From Phyllosticta citribraziliensis (lineage: Eukaryota): DNA of 64,000 bases. Where the stretch lies: contig NW_027117338.1 of the NCBI RefSeq assembly GCF_038025025.1, forward strand, positions 434,001-498,000, given 5' to 3'. The notes below the pieces were generated by a model. It did no database searches. It was not told where the DNA came from and saw only the letters and a program-made list of their open reading frames with translations. A program made the translations under genes and the position numbers. Shown here in pieces: positions 12,288 through 25,585 of the stretch; within the stretch, counting starts at the first letter, position 1; each line of letters starts with the position of its first letter.

Positions 12288-13866
12288 GTCGGGCAAAAGC
12301 GGGACGACACAGGCAACGCGGCGGCACCATTTTCATTTTGTCTGCGCAGGCTACGAGGGACAGCACACGGTTGGGGATTGATTGTCCGAGGGCGCATACA
12401 AGGCGTTTACCCGGTCGTTGGGAGCAGAAGAGACCTTTTTTTGACTTTGCTTTTGCTTTTTTCACACCACCCCTGCATCATTCCCGAGACGCCCTGCATA
12501 TTGCGTACGTCGGCGGGCGTGCTCCCATTCCTTCGGGTCACGATTGACAGGAACGGGTTGCCAGGGACGTGGGAGACGGTAGAGGGAGGGAGTGGTGAGG
12601 GTCGCGCGTGGGCGGGATCGAAATGGGAAAAGGCAAGCGAGCGAGCACGGGCAGGCGGACGTGGGAACTGGATAGCATGCAAAATGTCCTAATTGAGCCG
12701 TGGTGTCATGGTGTTTGTGGTGTTTTTGGAGCACAGCACGGCGGCGCAAGGCACTCTGGAGCTGGGCGGGCGCACAACAGGCAAGGAATGCGGGCACAGG
12801 AACGAGCCATGCAGCAGTCGCAACGTTGTACCCCATGGTGGGGCACGTGGATTGGCGGCTCGCGAGGACGTGGACAGGGACGTTCGGTGGGTCTCTCTCT
12901 GCAGACACGGAGGCCAGCTCATGGACGTCGAATCGAATCGTATCGAGGCGGCGAGGCGGATGGACGGCGGCTGTCATGTCAGGTCTCCCTCCGTCTGTGG
13001 CTCAGCAAAATGTCACGAAATGTCGGGGGCCTGAGTCGGCCATGCACAGTCTGGGCCTCAGTCCAACCAGAGGCAAGGGCGCCAAAGGAGAGGAACAAGA
13101 GAGAAGAGCAACCCGGCTTGGGTCTGGCGTTGTCCAGTCCACTCAGCCCTGGTGGTTGGGTGTTGACAACCTCAGCTCACCTCGCTGACACCAGCAAGCA
13201 GACGCCGCCGCAACGGGACAAGCACAAGCACAAGCACAAGCTTCATCGTTGCCCTCCCTTATCGTCGGGCCCTTTGCCGCCAGCCACTCGATCCTCTTCT
13301 TCTCCCTTGGTCTCCCTCCTGTCGTCCTCGTCCTCGTCCTCGTCCTATTGCCCGTTGCGAAGGCGGCCTCTTTCTCAAGGCGCTCCGCCTGCGACCCCAT
13401 ACATATCCAACCCCTCCATGCGCCCATCTTTCCTTTTATAACTCGCCGCTCCAGAATTGCTTCTCTGCTCGTCCGCGTCCTCGTCCTCGTCCTCCCCTCT
13501 CCGTCGCGCCGTGTGGCGCTGCTTCCCGGTCTTGGCTTGTTGAGTTTTTCATCTTCGTACCCACGAGGAAAAAGCTTCTTTGGTTTTGCTTCTCAGCTAC
13601 CCTGCTCTTCGGTCTTTCCTCCTTGCACGCCGACTTTTTATCCTCTCTCCACCTCGCCCGGTCTCCGAGTTGGCTCGCTGCGCTCCCGCCGGCTCCATCC
13701 ATCGTCAATTATCTTGTCGATGCTACCATGACATTCTTATCGAGTCCTGAGAGTCAATCCCACGCCAGTTACTCGTAGCACTCACTCATTAACCCCGCCG
13801 GGTCCTCGTTGCTGGAGCATCCAATCGAGCTCCCCCCCCCCCCCCCGCACCGTGCCCGAGCCCACC

Positions 13867-16800
13867 ATGGGCCTCTGTCTCCGCGCAGAGTCCTGGATAT
13901 GGTACTCGTGCGTCATGGTCGTCGCCATTGCCCGCTTCGTCTCTCGAACCCTCCTGTTCCGTGGCGATGTCAAGAGGCTCCAGGTCGACGATTGGCTCAT
14001 GTTCGCCGCTCTGTGCACCTACACGACTCTTGTCGTCACCATCAACATTGTGGCCACGACCGAGACCAACCTCTTCCCTTCCGGCTACGATTATCGTGCC
14101 TTGCCCTCCTCCGAAATCAGCTCGCGGGTATTTGGGAGCAAGCTTGTCCTGGTCGTGGAGCAATGCCAATGCGCGACGGTCTGGGCAGTCAAGGCTTGTC
14201 TTCTCATCATGTACTACCGCTTGACGTATGTCCTAACGTACGCACCGGCGTGAAATCTGAGTTTACGGACACTGACGCGTTTGCAGAATCGCGCTGAGAG
14301 AAAACTTTGTCGTCAAGATTCTCGCCGCCTACGTCGCCCTCGGATTCGTCTTCATGGAAATCTTTTACCTCTTCGTTTGGTGCCGCCCTTTTCGCAATTA
14401 CTGGGCTGTGCCCACGCCGAATCCGCAATGCAATGTCGCGACCGATCACCTCATCACTAATGCCGTCTTCAACATTTCTTCGGACGTCTTCCTCCTGGTC
14501 CTCGCGCTGCAGATGGTTGTCCGGAGCCAGTTGCCCGTTCATCGAAAGCTTGTTCTGGGCGTCATTTTTGGACTGGGAATCTTTGTTGTTTTGGCTTCAA
14601 TCCTCAACAAGTACTACAGCTTCACGAATCCCTACGGCCAGGCTTGGACCTTTTGGTATACTCGAGAAAGCAGCACGTCGCTCTTGGTCGCAAACCTGCC
14701 GTACACCTGGACATTGCTGCGCCGTCTGTTCAATCTCAGAGCTTTCGACCTTCAAACCTCGCAGCACACGGCCACTTCCATGCCGTCTCCACAGGCTCCT
14801 TCATTTAGCTACCATTCCAACCGCACCAAAAGGGCCCGCACGCGTGGACAACTCCAGCCTAGTCTCACTGGCACCACTGTCGCTGATCCGCCACCACTAG
14901 CGTCTCTTTCTCCCAAGTCGACGTCAAGGTCTCTCTTCAAGACTGTTCGGAGCGACTCGCACTTTTCGCCCTCCTCCCCTGCTCTTCCCTTTCTCCCGCC
15001 TGTCGCAGAATTGCCACCGTCCAACACCCTTCGCGTCCCCCGGCCGGAAATGTATCGCGCGGACACTGCGCCGCCAGCTTGCCTCGAGTCTGGCCTCATG
15101 GATTTCCCAGGCGCCAGCTTCCGGAGCAAGAGTCCTGGGAGCAGCCAAGCGCACGCCCACTGTCGCTCCGACAACGATCTCCTCCGTCCCTGGCACGCCG
15201 GCGACAGCTATCTCTACGCGTCCGCGTCGTCGTCGGCGTCCAACAGCGGCGATGACGACCTCGAATACGACTCCTCCGGCGTCTGTGCGCTCGACCCACT
15301 CTCGCACCATCACCGCCACCGCGGACACGAACAACACGCCTGCCCTTGTCCCCCGATCGACGGCTTGAGTCTGGGACTGGGTGCCGACGGCTGGGGCGAG
15401 GGCGACGCGTGGCATGGCCGGCTGGCCATCCAGCAGCGGCAGCTGGCGCGCGAACACGAGCGCATGCAGCGGCGGTCGACGCGGGGAGCGCGGAGTCGCA
15501 GCCGCGCGGAGAGCGTGTTGGCGTTGAAGACGCGGCTGGGGCTGCCGGTTGAGCTGCAGGAGGTGCCAGGGGGCGCTGGCAATGCGAGCGAGGGCAGGAC
15601 GACGACGCGCAAACCGCGAGCGCAGAGTCTGGATGCGCGCGGCCGCAGTCGCAGTCGCAGTCGCAAGAATCGCGACCATCCTCCCCTGCCTCTGCCGCTG
15701 CCTCCGCCGCCGCCTCACTTGGGCACGTCGGCGTCGTCGACACAACACCCGCGGACACAAACACCCCCTGCCGCCCCTGACTCCACCCCCAACCCCACCC
15801 CCGACTTCCCCTCCCTCCTCCTCCCGCCTCCCCCGTCTCCCGTCCTCGGCCTCTCTCGCGCCCCTCCCCTTGCCGCAAAAGCCAAATCCAGCTTCCCCAA
15901 CGTCGTCGACGTCGACGACCATATGCCGACCGACAGCTCGCTCGCGGCCGCCCCCGCCTCCACCTCTTCTTCGACGGCCGCACGCGCCCTCGCGACGGCA
16001 GATTTCGAAGCCGCCAAGCGGCGCGCCGCGAGCCGCGGTTGCCATGGCGGCGCCGTGGACGCGCTGCTAGAGCTGGAGCGCGAGATCTTGATGAGTGAAG
16101 AGGATGACGACGACAGGCAAACAGAGGGCGCTGCCGGGCATGGAGATAAGACCACCACTGCCGCGTCTCCGTCGACTGATCTTCCCATGCCTACTCCTCC
16201 TGCAGCAGCAGCCGCCGCCGCCGCCAAGTTGGCACTGGCAGCAGCGCCACGGCCGGCCTTCGCCTCGCCCGCGCTGGTCATTGGCGCGCGTCGCCAGTCC
16301 GGCGAGGCCGCAAAAAGCACTGCTCCATCACAAAGCATCACAGCGACAGCACCAGCAGCAGACGCGACAGCAGGTCTAGGTCTAAGCCTCGACCACCGCA
16401 GAAGTGGCGACGTCTCCCCGGCACGCCTCCGTCCCGTGCACTGCCCCTCCCCTCTCTCCGACGACGACGACGATAACGACGTTTACCACGACGCCAGCAG
16501 CCAGCGCGTCGTGTCCGCGCTTTCTACTTTTTCGGCCACGCCTGCGGACGGCGAGGAGCACGAGCACGCAGCGGACGACGAAGGAAAAGCAGAGGACGAA
16601 GACGTGGATGAGGGAGGCGACATAGAACCGCTCGACGCAGGCGAAACAACGCCGCTAACCGACGACGCGCCCAGCCGCAGCCGCAGTCTCGAGCTGCAAC
16701 GGACGGGCGATGGTAGTGCTGCCGCGAAGACTCAGCGGCGGGCGAAGGAGGCTCAGCCGCGCGCACGACGAGAGAGAGATCGAGATGTGTGGCGCGATGC

Positions 16801-16876
16801 TGTCGGCGCGGGAGCCGAGAGGGATAGTAAGAGGAGGAGGAGGAGGATGGTGGTCGTGAGGAGAGAGGTGGTGTAG
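13867..16876 (+). CDS. PTH11-like (fungal rhodopsin-domain) integral membrane protein with a very long low-complexity C-tail, no CFEM domain seen; intron ~14226-14287
   Basis: 'LQVDDWLM', 'SKLVLVVEQ...VWAVKACLLIMYYRL', 'WCRPFRNYWAVP...NAVFNISSDVFLL', 'WYTRESSTSLLVANLP'. Confidence 0.85.
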
Positions 16877-17750
16877 ATAGGAGACGAGGGTTTAGACGGA
16901 TGGGATGGGATGGATAGACATACACCAGGAAGGCATGTAGAGGTAGAGGTACAAGCGCGAGCGCGCGCGCGCAAGCGCGACATGAACGCGGAGTTGTTTC
17001 GTAATGATAATGAGATCAATCATGCCATCATCCATCCATGGGTTGGCCTTGCATATAGATATGCCTTGCCTTGGCTGTGCAGTAGTCTGTCTACACATGT
17101 AGATAGATGCCTCAGTTCATCCACGCAGCATGCATACATACATAGCAGCACCATCAACAACATTCTCAATTATTCCACCTGCGCTTCTTCCCTTCCCATC
17201 GCCTCCTTTTCCTACAGCCCCAGCGATGCAGGCTCGGCAGCTGGCCCCATTACATATATCCGTTTATCCATTTATCCAACGACGCGGCAATCTCTCTCTT
17301 TCCTTTCTCGCGGCGGTGCGACGGCCACTCCACTATTCCATCCCATCCCATCCAGCCCACGTCCCAACAAAGAAGAAGGAAAGGAAAGAAGGCAAGAGAC
17401 AAAAGAAGAGGCAAGAAAAAGGGGGTGTGTGTGTGCACAAGGGGAGCCAGACCAAGACCGGCAGCCACATCAACAAGATAGAAAGAGGGGGGAAAAAGGG
17501 GGCCCGAAAGAAGTGTGTGTGGCGTCGTATTGGATTGGAATGGATTGGAAAAGAGCACGTATGAGTCGATGACGCCTGACTGCTCGCCGCTAGGTAAGAG
17601 ACACTGAATGGCTTTGAGAAGAGAAGAAAGGGGGAACTTCTCATGCCGCCCGCCCGCCTAACTGGCTAGGCAAGAAAGACAAAGGTGAAGAAGAAAGAGG
17701 AGAGCAAAGTCTGACAGATGATCGGGCAAACGGTGTCGCTGGCTGGCCGC

Positions 17751-19031
17751 CTATGCCGCAGGCGACGCGCCATGGTCGTTATGGCTGCCGCCGCTGCCGC
17801 TGAGGCGAAACACCTTGCGCACGCTCTCCACGCCGCGCTTAACGTGCGGATGGTGCGAGAGAAACTCGTGATGGTGGTGATGCGAGGTGGTAGGGCTCTT
17901 GGCCACGGCCGCCGCGTGCGCGTTCAACCCGCGCTTCTCTGCTGCGGTGGTGGTGCCGCTGCCCCCTGTTATGCCCCCTGCACCCCCTCCGCTGCCGCCA
18001 CCCCCTACGCTCAGCCCCCCCGTCAGCACGGCAGCCACCTTGCCGACGCCGCCTCCGACGACCCCTGTGCGGCCCGTTTTGCTGCTGCTGTTGCCGCCGC
18101 GCGCCGCGCCGACCAGCGGGTCCGCGTGGCTCGGTTTGGGCGGCCACTCGCCGTCGGCCTTCCAGCCGCTGACCAGCGCCGTCGTCATGTCCTTCAGGTT
18201 GATCGGCACCTTGGGCGTCTGGCTCTGCAGGACGATCTTGGAGTAGATGTCCGGGTAAGACCGCGGCGTGATGCTGTCGCGGATGGGGTTGTGCGGCAGG
18301 ATCCGCGGCGCGATGGGCAGCGGCGGCTCGTAGTCTGTGTCGTCGTCCGAGGCGGCGAGGTTGTGGAGGTGCAGCGTTTCTTGCGCTGCGCGCTCGAGCG
18401 GCGCCGTCGTCGACGACGAAGACGGCGACGTGGCTGTCGTCGGGCTGCCGTTGCTTGGGGTGCTGGTTGTTGCGGCCGCCGCCGCGGCCACGTCTGATGC
18501 CTTGCGCCGCAAATGCTTGCGCGCGGCCGTTGCGCCGGTCCACGCATCGCGCTGGGCAATAAAGTTCGCGAGGCCCTCGTTCCATTGCATTTCGGCCAGC
18601 AGACGGCGCCTCCGCCTGCGCTTGCGCCGCAGAGCGCGGTCGACCATCTCATCGGCCACGCCGTCCGGATGTTCGAAGCGGAACTTGTTGGTGGTGTCGT
18701 TCTGGTGACGTTGCTGCTGGCGCCGATCTTCTGAGCCAGCAGTGGTTGTGGTTGTGGTTGTGGTGGCGCTGCTGTCCACAACGGCGGCGGCGGCGGCGGC
18801 GTCCTTCTCTTCTCTGGGGCTCGCGGCCTCCAAATGCTCTTCTTCGTCCTCCGTCACCGTGTCGTCGTCGGTCGTGCCGTAGAACCTCTCGCGGTATTGC
18901 GACACTTGGTGCAATTCGTCCCCCGAGCTGTCCCATGCCTGCGGCGTGTCCGGGAAGCTCCAATCGTTGCGCACGCGATCGGCGAGAAAGCGACGCGCCT
19001 CGCGCGCGGCGGCCTGGTTGTGTGATTCCAT
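17751..19031 (-). CDS. DUF4050 / Gag1-like clamp domain protein
   Basis: 'WNEGLANFIAQRDAWTGA' and 'YPDIYSKIVLQSQTPKVPINLKDMTTALVSGWKADGEWP'. Start codon uncertain. Confidence 0.75.
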   Translation of the reverse strand: MESHNQAAAREARRFLADRVRNDWSFPDTPQAWDSSGDELHQVSQYRERFYGTTDDDTVTEDEEEHLEAASPREEKDAAAAAAVVDSSATTTTTTTTAGSEDRRQQQRHQNDTTNKFRFEHPDGVADEMVDRALRRKRRRRRRLLAEMQWNEGLANFIAQRDAWTGATAARKHLRRKASDVAAAAAATTSTPSNGSPTTATSPSSSSTTAPLERAAQETLHLHNLAASDDDTDYEPPLPIAPRILPHNPIRDSITPRSYPDIYSKIVLQSQTPKVPINLKDMTTALVSGWKADGEWPPKPSHADPLVGAARGGNSSSKTGRTGVVGGGVGKVAAVLTGGLSVGGGGSGGGAGGITGGSGTTTAAEKRGLNAHAAAVAKSPTTSHHHHHEFLSHHPHVKRGVESVRKVFRLSGSGGSHNDHGASPAA

Positions 19032-19561
19032 GCTCGTGCTATGTCTCAATGCGTCTCATGCGATTGTATGTATGTAGAATTCGAGAGGCGCTATGGCAGT
19101 CGAGGCGGCGGCGGCGCGGCGGGCGACTGGTGCGATCACTCGCATGCAGACGAGAAATGCGGAGGTGCGGAGGATGCGGTGGTGGTGGTGTGAGAAATTG
19201 GAGGCGCGGAAGCGAAGCAGCACGGCGGGTGTGTGTGCCAAAAAGCAATGAATGGTAGCAGGCGAGACCGAGACCGGGGACTGGCTCTAACTACAGGCCG
19301 GACGAGGTGGAGAGCATGGCGGGTCACCACAAGGCGTGGGTAGCTGCAGATTCTGGAGACTTGTGGAGATGGCCGTGGTCCAGGTGGGTGATGCTGGTGC
19401 CCAGCTTTTCCCCGCCGACTGAACAAGTCAAGCAAGTCTTTGATGTCACCCCAGGCCAAGAAAAACAACTGACTAGCCATCGTCATCCCGATTCATGAAA
19501 TTGCTCAGCTACATGCGCCGCATATCGTCATGTCCAACTCTAGGTTTTTTTCTTCCAACTC

Positions 19562-22174
19562 TCACGGCTCTTCTCCAGCCTTGACCGCCTTGGCCTCCCG
19601 AGGCCACACGCGCTTGTACAGGCTTACACCTACGGCGTCCTGCGGGTTGATCCTACCATCAAATGTCGCCTTGAAGTACCCATGCGTTCCCAGACTCTCC
19701 TTCATATATCCGCTTCTACCCCTCTTCGTCCACAGCTGCAGCGCCTTGAACCAGGCCACATCTTCGGCGTTGAAGAACATGTACCGCACCGTGACCAACC
19801 TCTTGTGAATCTTGTAAGGGTGACCAGTCAATACCACACGCTTGGCAACGACTCTGGCAGTCGACGGCGCAAGAGTTGTGCCTGTTCCCACAAGCTGGAG
19901 AGACGATTCCGACGCTTGTTCTGCGTCCATGGCGACGACGTCACCGTCTTTTTCTTCCTCGTCCTCGCCTGCAGACTCGCGCTTGAAAAAGAGCGCAGGA
20001 ACAGAGCCCCAGGTCAAAGGTCCGATGAATGTGGCCACGGCACTGCGGCCGGGGTGTAGATAGCGATCAAACTTGTGCACGTCATTGGGCGTGTTGCCTG
20101 CCTGCGAGAAGAGCGGATTGATCCGGAGGCGGCGCGGGCCGCACTGGAGAATTAGCTCCTCCTTGCTCCTCATGGGCTCCTCGTAGTCGCTGCTCAGCGT
20201 GATGGCGTAGTTGAGCACAGTGTGCTTGTGCTCGTGGCGGAGGAGCGAAAACAGGCATAGCGTCCTGGCGGGGTTGTGCTTGTTCTGCAATGACAAAGGA
20301 ACATTGCGCAGATGGACATGGACGCGCGTGCCCGGTTGGACGCCGCCAACAAGGGCTTCTCTGAGCATCCTGGCTTTGGCTCCTTTGTAGTCGGAAATTT
20401 CCAGCAGTCGTCGCCAGCATTCGGGCTCGTACGGACGGTCCTCGTCCGTCTCCCAGTGACTGGTTCTCAAACTCTTCAACCCTCTGTACTTGGCCAGACG
20501 CTCCCGTGCCTGCACATTCGGATGCAGCTCGATTTCATCAGGGAATTCGAGGTCTTCTTCCGCCTCCTTTTTGCGCTCTGCCCGGTACGCGGCAATCTGC
20601 TCTGCTTCGTCTTCGGGCGCGGGATCCAAAAACATTTCCGACTGAGGGTACTCGGACTGGGCGTACTCTGTAGGCTCTCTGCCATTCTGATCGATGCCCT
20701 CCATGCCGTCTGCTGGATTTGCCGGTCCATCCATATCCAGGTCGCCGTCCTCGTCCTCACTGGCAATACTTTCCATGTCTGATCCAGAATAGTCCACGTC
20801 GTCGAGGTACCATGCGGATTGGTATTTCGACGTTCCTCTGGGTAGCTTCTTGGGGCGGTGCATTTCTGCGTCTGCATCGTCGTCTGAAAAGTAGTGGTGG
20901 TCGTCCAGAAGCACTCCCTTTCGTTCCGAAGGTGCAACGGAAACGGGGTAGTCGTCCGCATCCTCCATTGCCACCTCCTCAGGAGCGAGCTCGGCCAAGT
21001 CGTCCTGGTCTTCAGTCGGCTGCTCCAAGAGCGCTTCTTGTCCCTCCTGGTCCACAGCCATGTCCTCTCCCTTGGTCTTCTTCTTTGTCTCCAATGGCGC
21101 AGCCGTAATCTTTTCAATCTGGAATGTGCCCCATTCGCCAACCTCCACCAGTCTGTCTGCCTTGAGGCCCTTGCCTCTCACCACGCCGGTCAACACGACC
21201 TCGCCAGTTGCCTCGGCATCGGTCTGGGGCGCCTTGCCCGAAGGCCATTTGATGTCTTCCACCATCATCCAGCTGCGGTCTTCTCTCCAGCGGATTCCCT
21301 TGGGTGTTGTTGTGCACAGCGATCTCGTAACGTTCAAGCACTCCTGAGACGAGTCCAACGAGTGTACCTTTTCCAGCGTTGGGTAGAAGTGAGTGATGAA
21401 TGACTTGAGTGACGAAACGACTTGTGGCCGACGCTTGGGTGGGTCGATAGCATCCAGACCCTGCTCCATGATTAGCGATTGAAATCCTCTCAACACTGTC
21501 CGAGCAACTCACTTGTACAACCGCCATCACATTGCCAACGCCCTGGCCCTCGATACCCCTGAGCATCAATTCGCCCAGGCCGTCGACTTCCTGTTCGGCG
21601 CTGAGCACAAAGACGACAAAGTCGGCCACGCGCGCCGCATCCAGCGCGGCCCACAAGTTCCTGCCCACAACCATGTACTGCAACTTTTGCTTGAATCGTT
21701 CGACCTCGACGCGGGCCCAGCCCTCTTCAGGGACGTCCTCTTCCACACCCAAGGCGCTGTTGAGGCTGCGCACCGCGAGCTTGGGCGAGACGTCGTCGGT
21801 CAATGGGACGACGGCAACCATGCGCGGCGCGCCATCGCGACCGGAGAAGACGCGCGACGCCGACGCATGCGAGCTTGTTTTTTGAATGCGCTTCTGCTTG
21901 GCTTGGTTGCGCCGCGTGAGCTTGCTCATGACTTGTTGGTGTGGTGTACGGCGGGCGCCACGGTCGTCGAAGGCGTTGATCTTGCCTGTGACAAGGATGG
22001 TGTTAGCTGGGCGCTGTTATGAATTTCGAGGCCGAGGGTCTGGAGAAACCCGAGCGACTGAGAGAGCGCCTTACCCTTTGACTGTTCCTTGAGCGCACTC
22101 TTGCTCGCGTGGCGAGACTTGAATGGTTTGTGCGACGATTTGGTCGTGCTGCGGTGGTGGTGTTGGCCGTCCAT
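19562..22174 (-). CDS. TSR1: Pre-rRNA processing / 40S biogenesis factor Tsr1, 3 exons
   Basis: 'HHHRSTTKSSHKPFKSRHASK', 'EFPDEIELHP...ARERLAKYRGLKSLRTS', 'RYMFFNAEDVAWFK...GRSGYMKESLGTHGYFKATFD'. Confidence 0.95.
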
Positions 22175-22573
22175 ACTGCTCGTTCCACCTCCTGCTTTGA
22201 ATCTGAAAGGTATGCTCGACGCCAGGTTGGCGAGTGTTTGTCGTTGGAGCGCGGAGCACCAAACTGGCAGAAGTAATGGAAAAAGGCCCGTGGGCGTGCG
22301 AATGATGCACCTCGCTGCCGCGGAATTTTTGGCGAGTGGGTCGTCGTGACTCCTTATCGATAGGGCTGTCGGCGACGACCAACGGTTTTTGGTTGTCACC
22401 AATTACATGAAACATATATTTGTAGCAGTCGTATGAAATTACTATCCAAAGCATGATCCGCTTGCTTTTTCTAGTCCTAAACGCCAATCACAGGTCCAAC
22501 TTAAATGGAGTCATCTCGCCGAACCAAAAGGACTCTATACACCGCCAGCAGTCCTGCTGCCCCTCTCACCAGC

Positions 22574-24106
22574 TCATTGCCTGTAAACGGCATTCATCGA
22601 CTCCTCCACGATGCGCATACCGCTTTCAATCTCCTCCTCAGTGATGGTGAGCGGCGGGACAAACCTCAGAGTGTTGGTGCCGCAAGTGATAATCAGCAGT
22701 CCTCTTTCCCTGGCAGCAGAGATGAGAGGAGTAGGGTCTTGGGACAACTGCAATCCCAAAATCAGGCCCTTGCCCCTGACCTCGGTGATGATGTCGGGGA
22801 AAGTGTTTTGCAACTTCTCAAAGTGCTTACGGAACACTTGCTCCTTTTTCAACACAGACTGCTGCAGCTCCTTGTCGGCCAAACGGTTGATGATGTAGTG
22901 GGCGACACGGGAAGCGAGGGGGTTGCCTCCAAAGGTAGTGCCATGGTCGCCTGGCTTGATGTTGTTGACGACAAAGTCGTTGACAATCGAAGCGCCAATG
23001 GGAAAGCCATTGCCCAACGCCTTTGCCGTCGAGATGATGTCTGGGTGCGCCTCCTTGGGCAAAGCAGCGTGAGCCCAGAATTGACCGGTACGGCCGAGAC
23101 CGCACTGAATTTCGTCGAAGATGAGTACAGCGCCGACCTCGGTGCAGCGCTTACGGAGCGCAATCAAAAACTCGGTAGTCGCAACGTTGACACCACCCTC
23201 GCCCTGGATGGGCTCAATGATGACACCGCATGTCTTTTCCGTGACCAGCGAGGGGATGGCGTCAATGTCGTTGTACGTGCCATATTTGAAGCCGGGCAGC
23301 ATGGGGGCAAAAGGCTTCTGGTACTTGGGGTTGGGGGTTGCAGAGAGGGCTCCCATGGTGCGTCCGTGGAAAGAGCTGTGGAAGGAGACGACCTCGACCT
23401 TGTCGCCAGTAGGGTCCAGCACCTTGCCAACCTTGCGGGCAAACTTGATGCCAGCCTCGTTGGCCTCAGAACCAGAATTGCAAATGAAAGTCTTGGTCGC
23501 ATCGTGCATTCCGCCGCCAGCGCGGGTCTGCTCCACGAGGAGTTTGGAGAGGGCACCAGTCCAGGGGTTGTGGTAAAGGTTGGAGGTGTGGATGAGTTGA
23601 GCGGCCTGAGTGCCCACGAATTAGCTCAACGTCTGAGTCAATTCGTGATTCCAACATACCTGCTCGTTCAGCACCTTGACCATTCCAGGTTCGCAGTGTC
23701 CCAGAGCATTCACAGCAATGCCTGCCGTAAAGTCGAGGTACTTGCGGTTCTCCACATCGTAAAGATAGCTGCCCTCGCCCTTGTGGAACATTGGAAGCGG
23801 GCGAACATAGGTAGGTACCATGTAGGGCATCTGGTCGTTGACGAGACGAGCGGTTTGGGAGTCTGCCGCAGGGTCTGGGGTAGGAAGAGAGGCATCACCC
23901 TGTGAGGACTTGTGAGAATCTTGAGTGAAGCTTGGGGATTGTTGGGGAGAATTTGGTACCTCAATGCTCTGCTTCACGCTCTCAGGCAAGCTGGAGGCTG
24001 CCGTGGCGGATGACGCATACCTGGGACGGGAGAGTGGCGCTGCGACCGACAGTTTCTGAGAGCGCAATGCTGCGCCGACGCGCTTGGAGCAAGCCCGGAA
24101 AGCCAT
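22574..24106 (-). CDS. ARG8: Mitochondrial acetylornithine aminotransferase, 3 exons
   Basis: Arg-rich presequence, 'YLDFTAGIAVNALGH', 'NSGSEANEA', 'FHGRTMGALS', 'EPIQGEGG', 'FDEIQCGLGRTG', PLP lysine in 'TAKALGNG', 'HGTTFGGNP'. Confidence 0.95.
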
Positions 24107-25585
24107 GGTGAAGAGAGAGTGAGATATGGACGAAAGCAAGACGCAAGAGGGGTATCAAAGGGAAGAGTGAGTGGAAAGCGGAGACGGGGAAAGCTTGAGG
24201 ACGGTGGAGTCCGCACCGCAACTCACTCCTCAGCTGTCATGTCAGGGCTCGTTTTTTTCGCTATCGATAAGTTGCCGCGCTGCGAAGTCGGCTTGTGAGC
24301 GGAGCAGATCTCCGCATTGTGGCAGCCATCTCCGCCCATCCTCCCATGAGCTCCAAATTCTCTGCCACAAAGCCGTCTTCCCTTGAACCGCATGTTGGTG
24401 TTGACTGCGGTTTTCAAAGAGTTCGACGTCATCACACGTCGAGTTCCAATGTCCAACAGCGCTCCGTTTGAGGATTCGGGAGTCTTAGTCAAATCCTGGA
24501 GCAGTCTTTCTCTCATCACCAAACAACACTTCTTGGCAGTTTCGTCTGCGTCCTTCTCGGTTGCCATTATCAATCCTTCCTTGGCACATGAAGCTGGCTG
24601 CGAAGTCGGCGAACTTGTGTGCTGAAGGGTCGCTTGACTACATATGTACCGTACCAAACTCGGCCTTGTTTCATGGAGCGTTTCGTTCTCCGCCCACAAA
24701 GAGACGTACATTCCGCGACTGTTCTGTGTGGTTCTGACCAAGATGCCTTGTGTTGATGCCAAGCAGAGGATTGACAGGAGCCAGAGATGAGTCAGGTCAA
24801 GAATAAGCAGTTTTCATGACAGCAATCCATGCACCAAAGAAGGAGACAAGCAAATCTGACGAGAGGAATGACGTTTGACATGTGGCCGAAGAATTCTTGA
24901 GTCGCCGGATCCGGGGATTGAGCAAGAATGGTTGTGGGCCAGGCGGACAGGAAGCAAGGGGAGGTTCGGCCGAGCCAGGTGATACAAGGGAGGGGTCTGA
25001 TCATAGGGGTACTCCTATACTCAGTATGTGGATGAACGAAGTCTGGAGACGACGTAGATGGAAGATAAAGGCATAATGCGGGGAGCGTTCATGTTTGTTG
25101 ACGGGCCGTCAGATCACTGACCTGAGCCTCATCCCAGTGGCGTCATGCCAAGATGGCGGGCTGGGGTCAAGCTTTTCGGGGCTCACCTCACTGCAGTGCG
25201 TCTTGGGGTCGAGGTCGAGGTCGAGGTCGAGGGTCGTGCTGCTGATGGGTTGCGCGGCCTCACAGCTTCAACTGCTTCACGGCCCTCCAGGGCGCGAATG
25301 GCCACCATCCAGAGGCGCCCGCCACTGGCTGCAGCCAATTACCGGTCCCTTTTTCGGTGCCGCGACCCCTGCTTCCTTCGTGATAGCAGGCCTACGCAAG
25401 CCAGTCCACTTTGGCCTCGATTTGTGTCGCGTGGTCCCGTCGCCCACCTTTTCACCTTAAGGAAGCCACCTCTCCTGTCCTGTCCTGTCCTGCCCTGCCC
25501 TGTCCTCACTTAGGACTTCTCTACTCTCCTCCACGCTACTGTACCCTACGCTACCGACGCTACTCGAATCGCCCGAACCGAGACC

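Noticed and set aside
14924..18781. Multiple overlapping Arg-rich ORFs
   Set aside because: Alternative-frame artefacts of high-GC coding DNA.
22505..23905. 466-aa plus-strand ORF
   Set aside because: Antisense shadow of ARG8 caused by codon bias.
24223..25076. ORFs between ARG8 and the GDSL esterase
   Set aside because: No motifs or clear splice model; treated as intergenic, although a small gene cannot be excluded.
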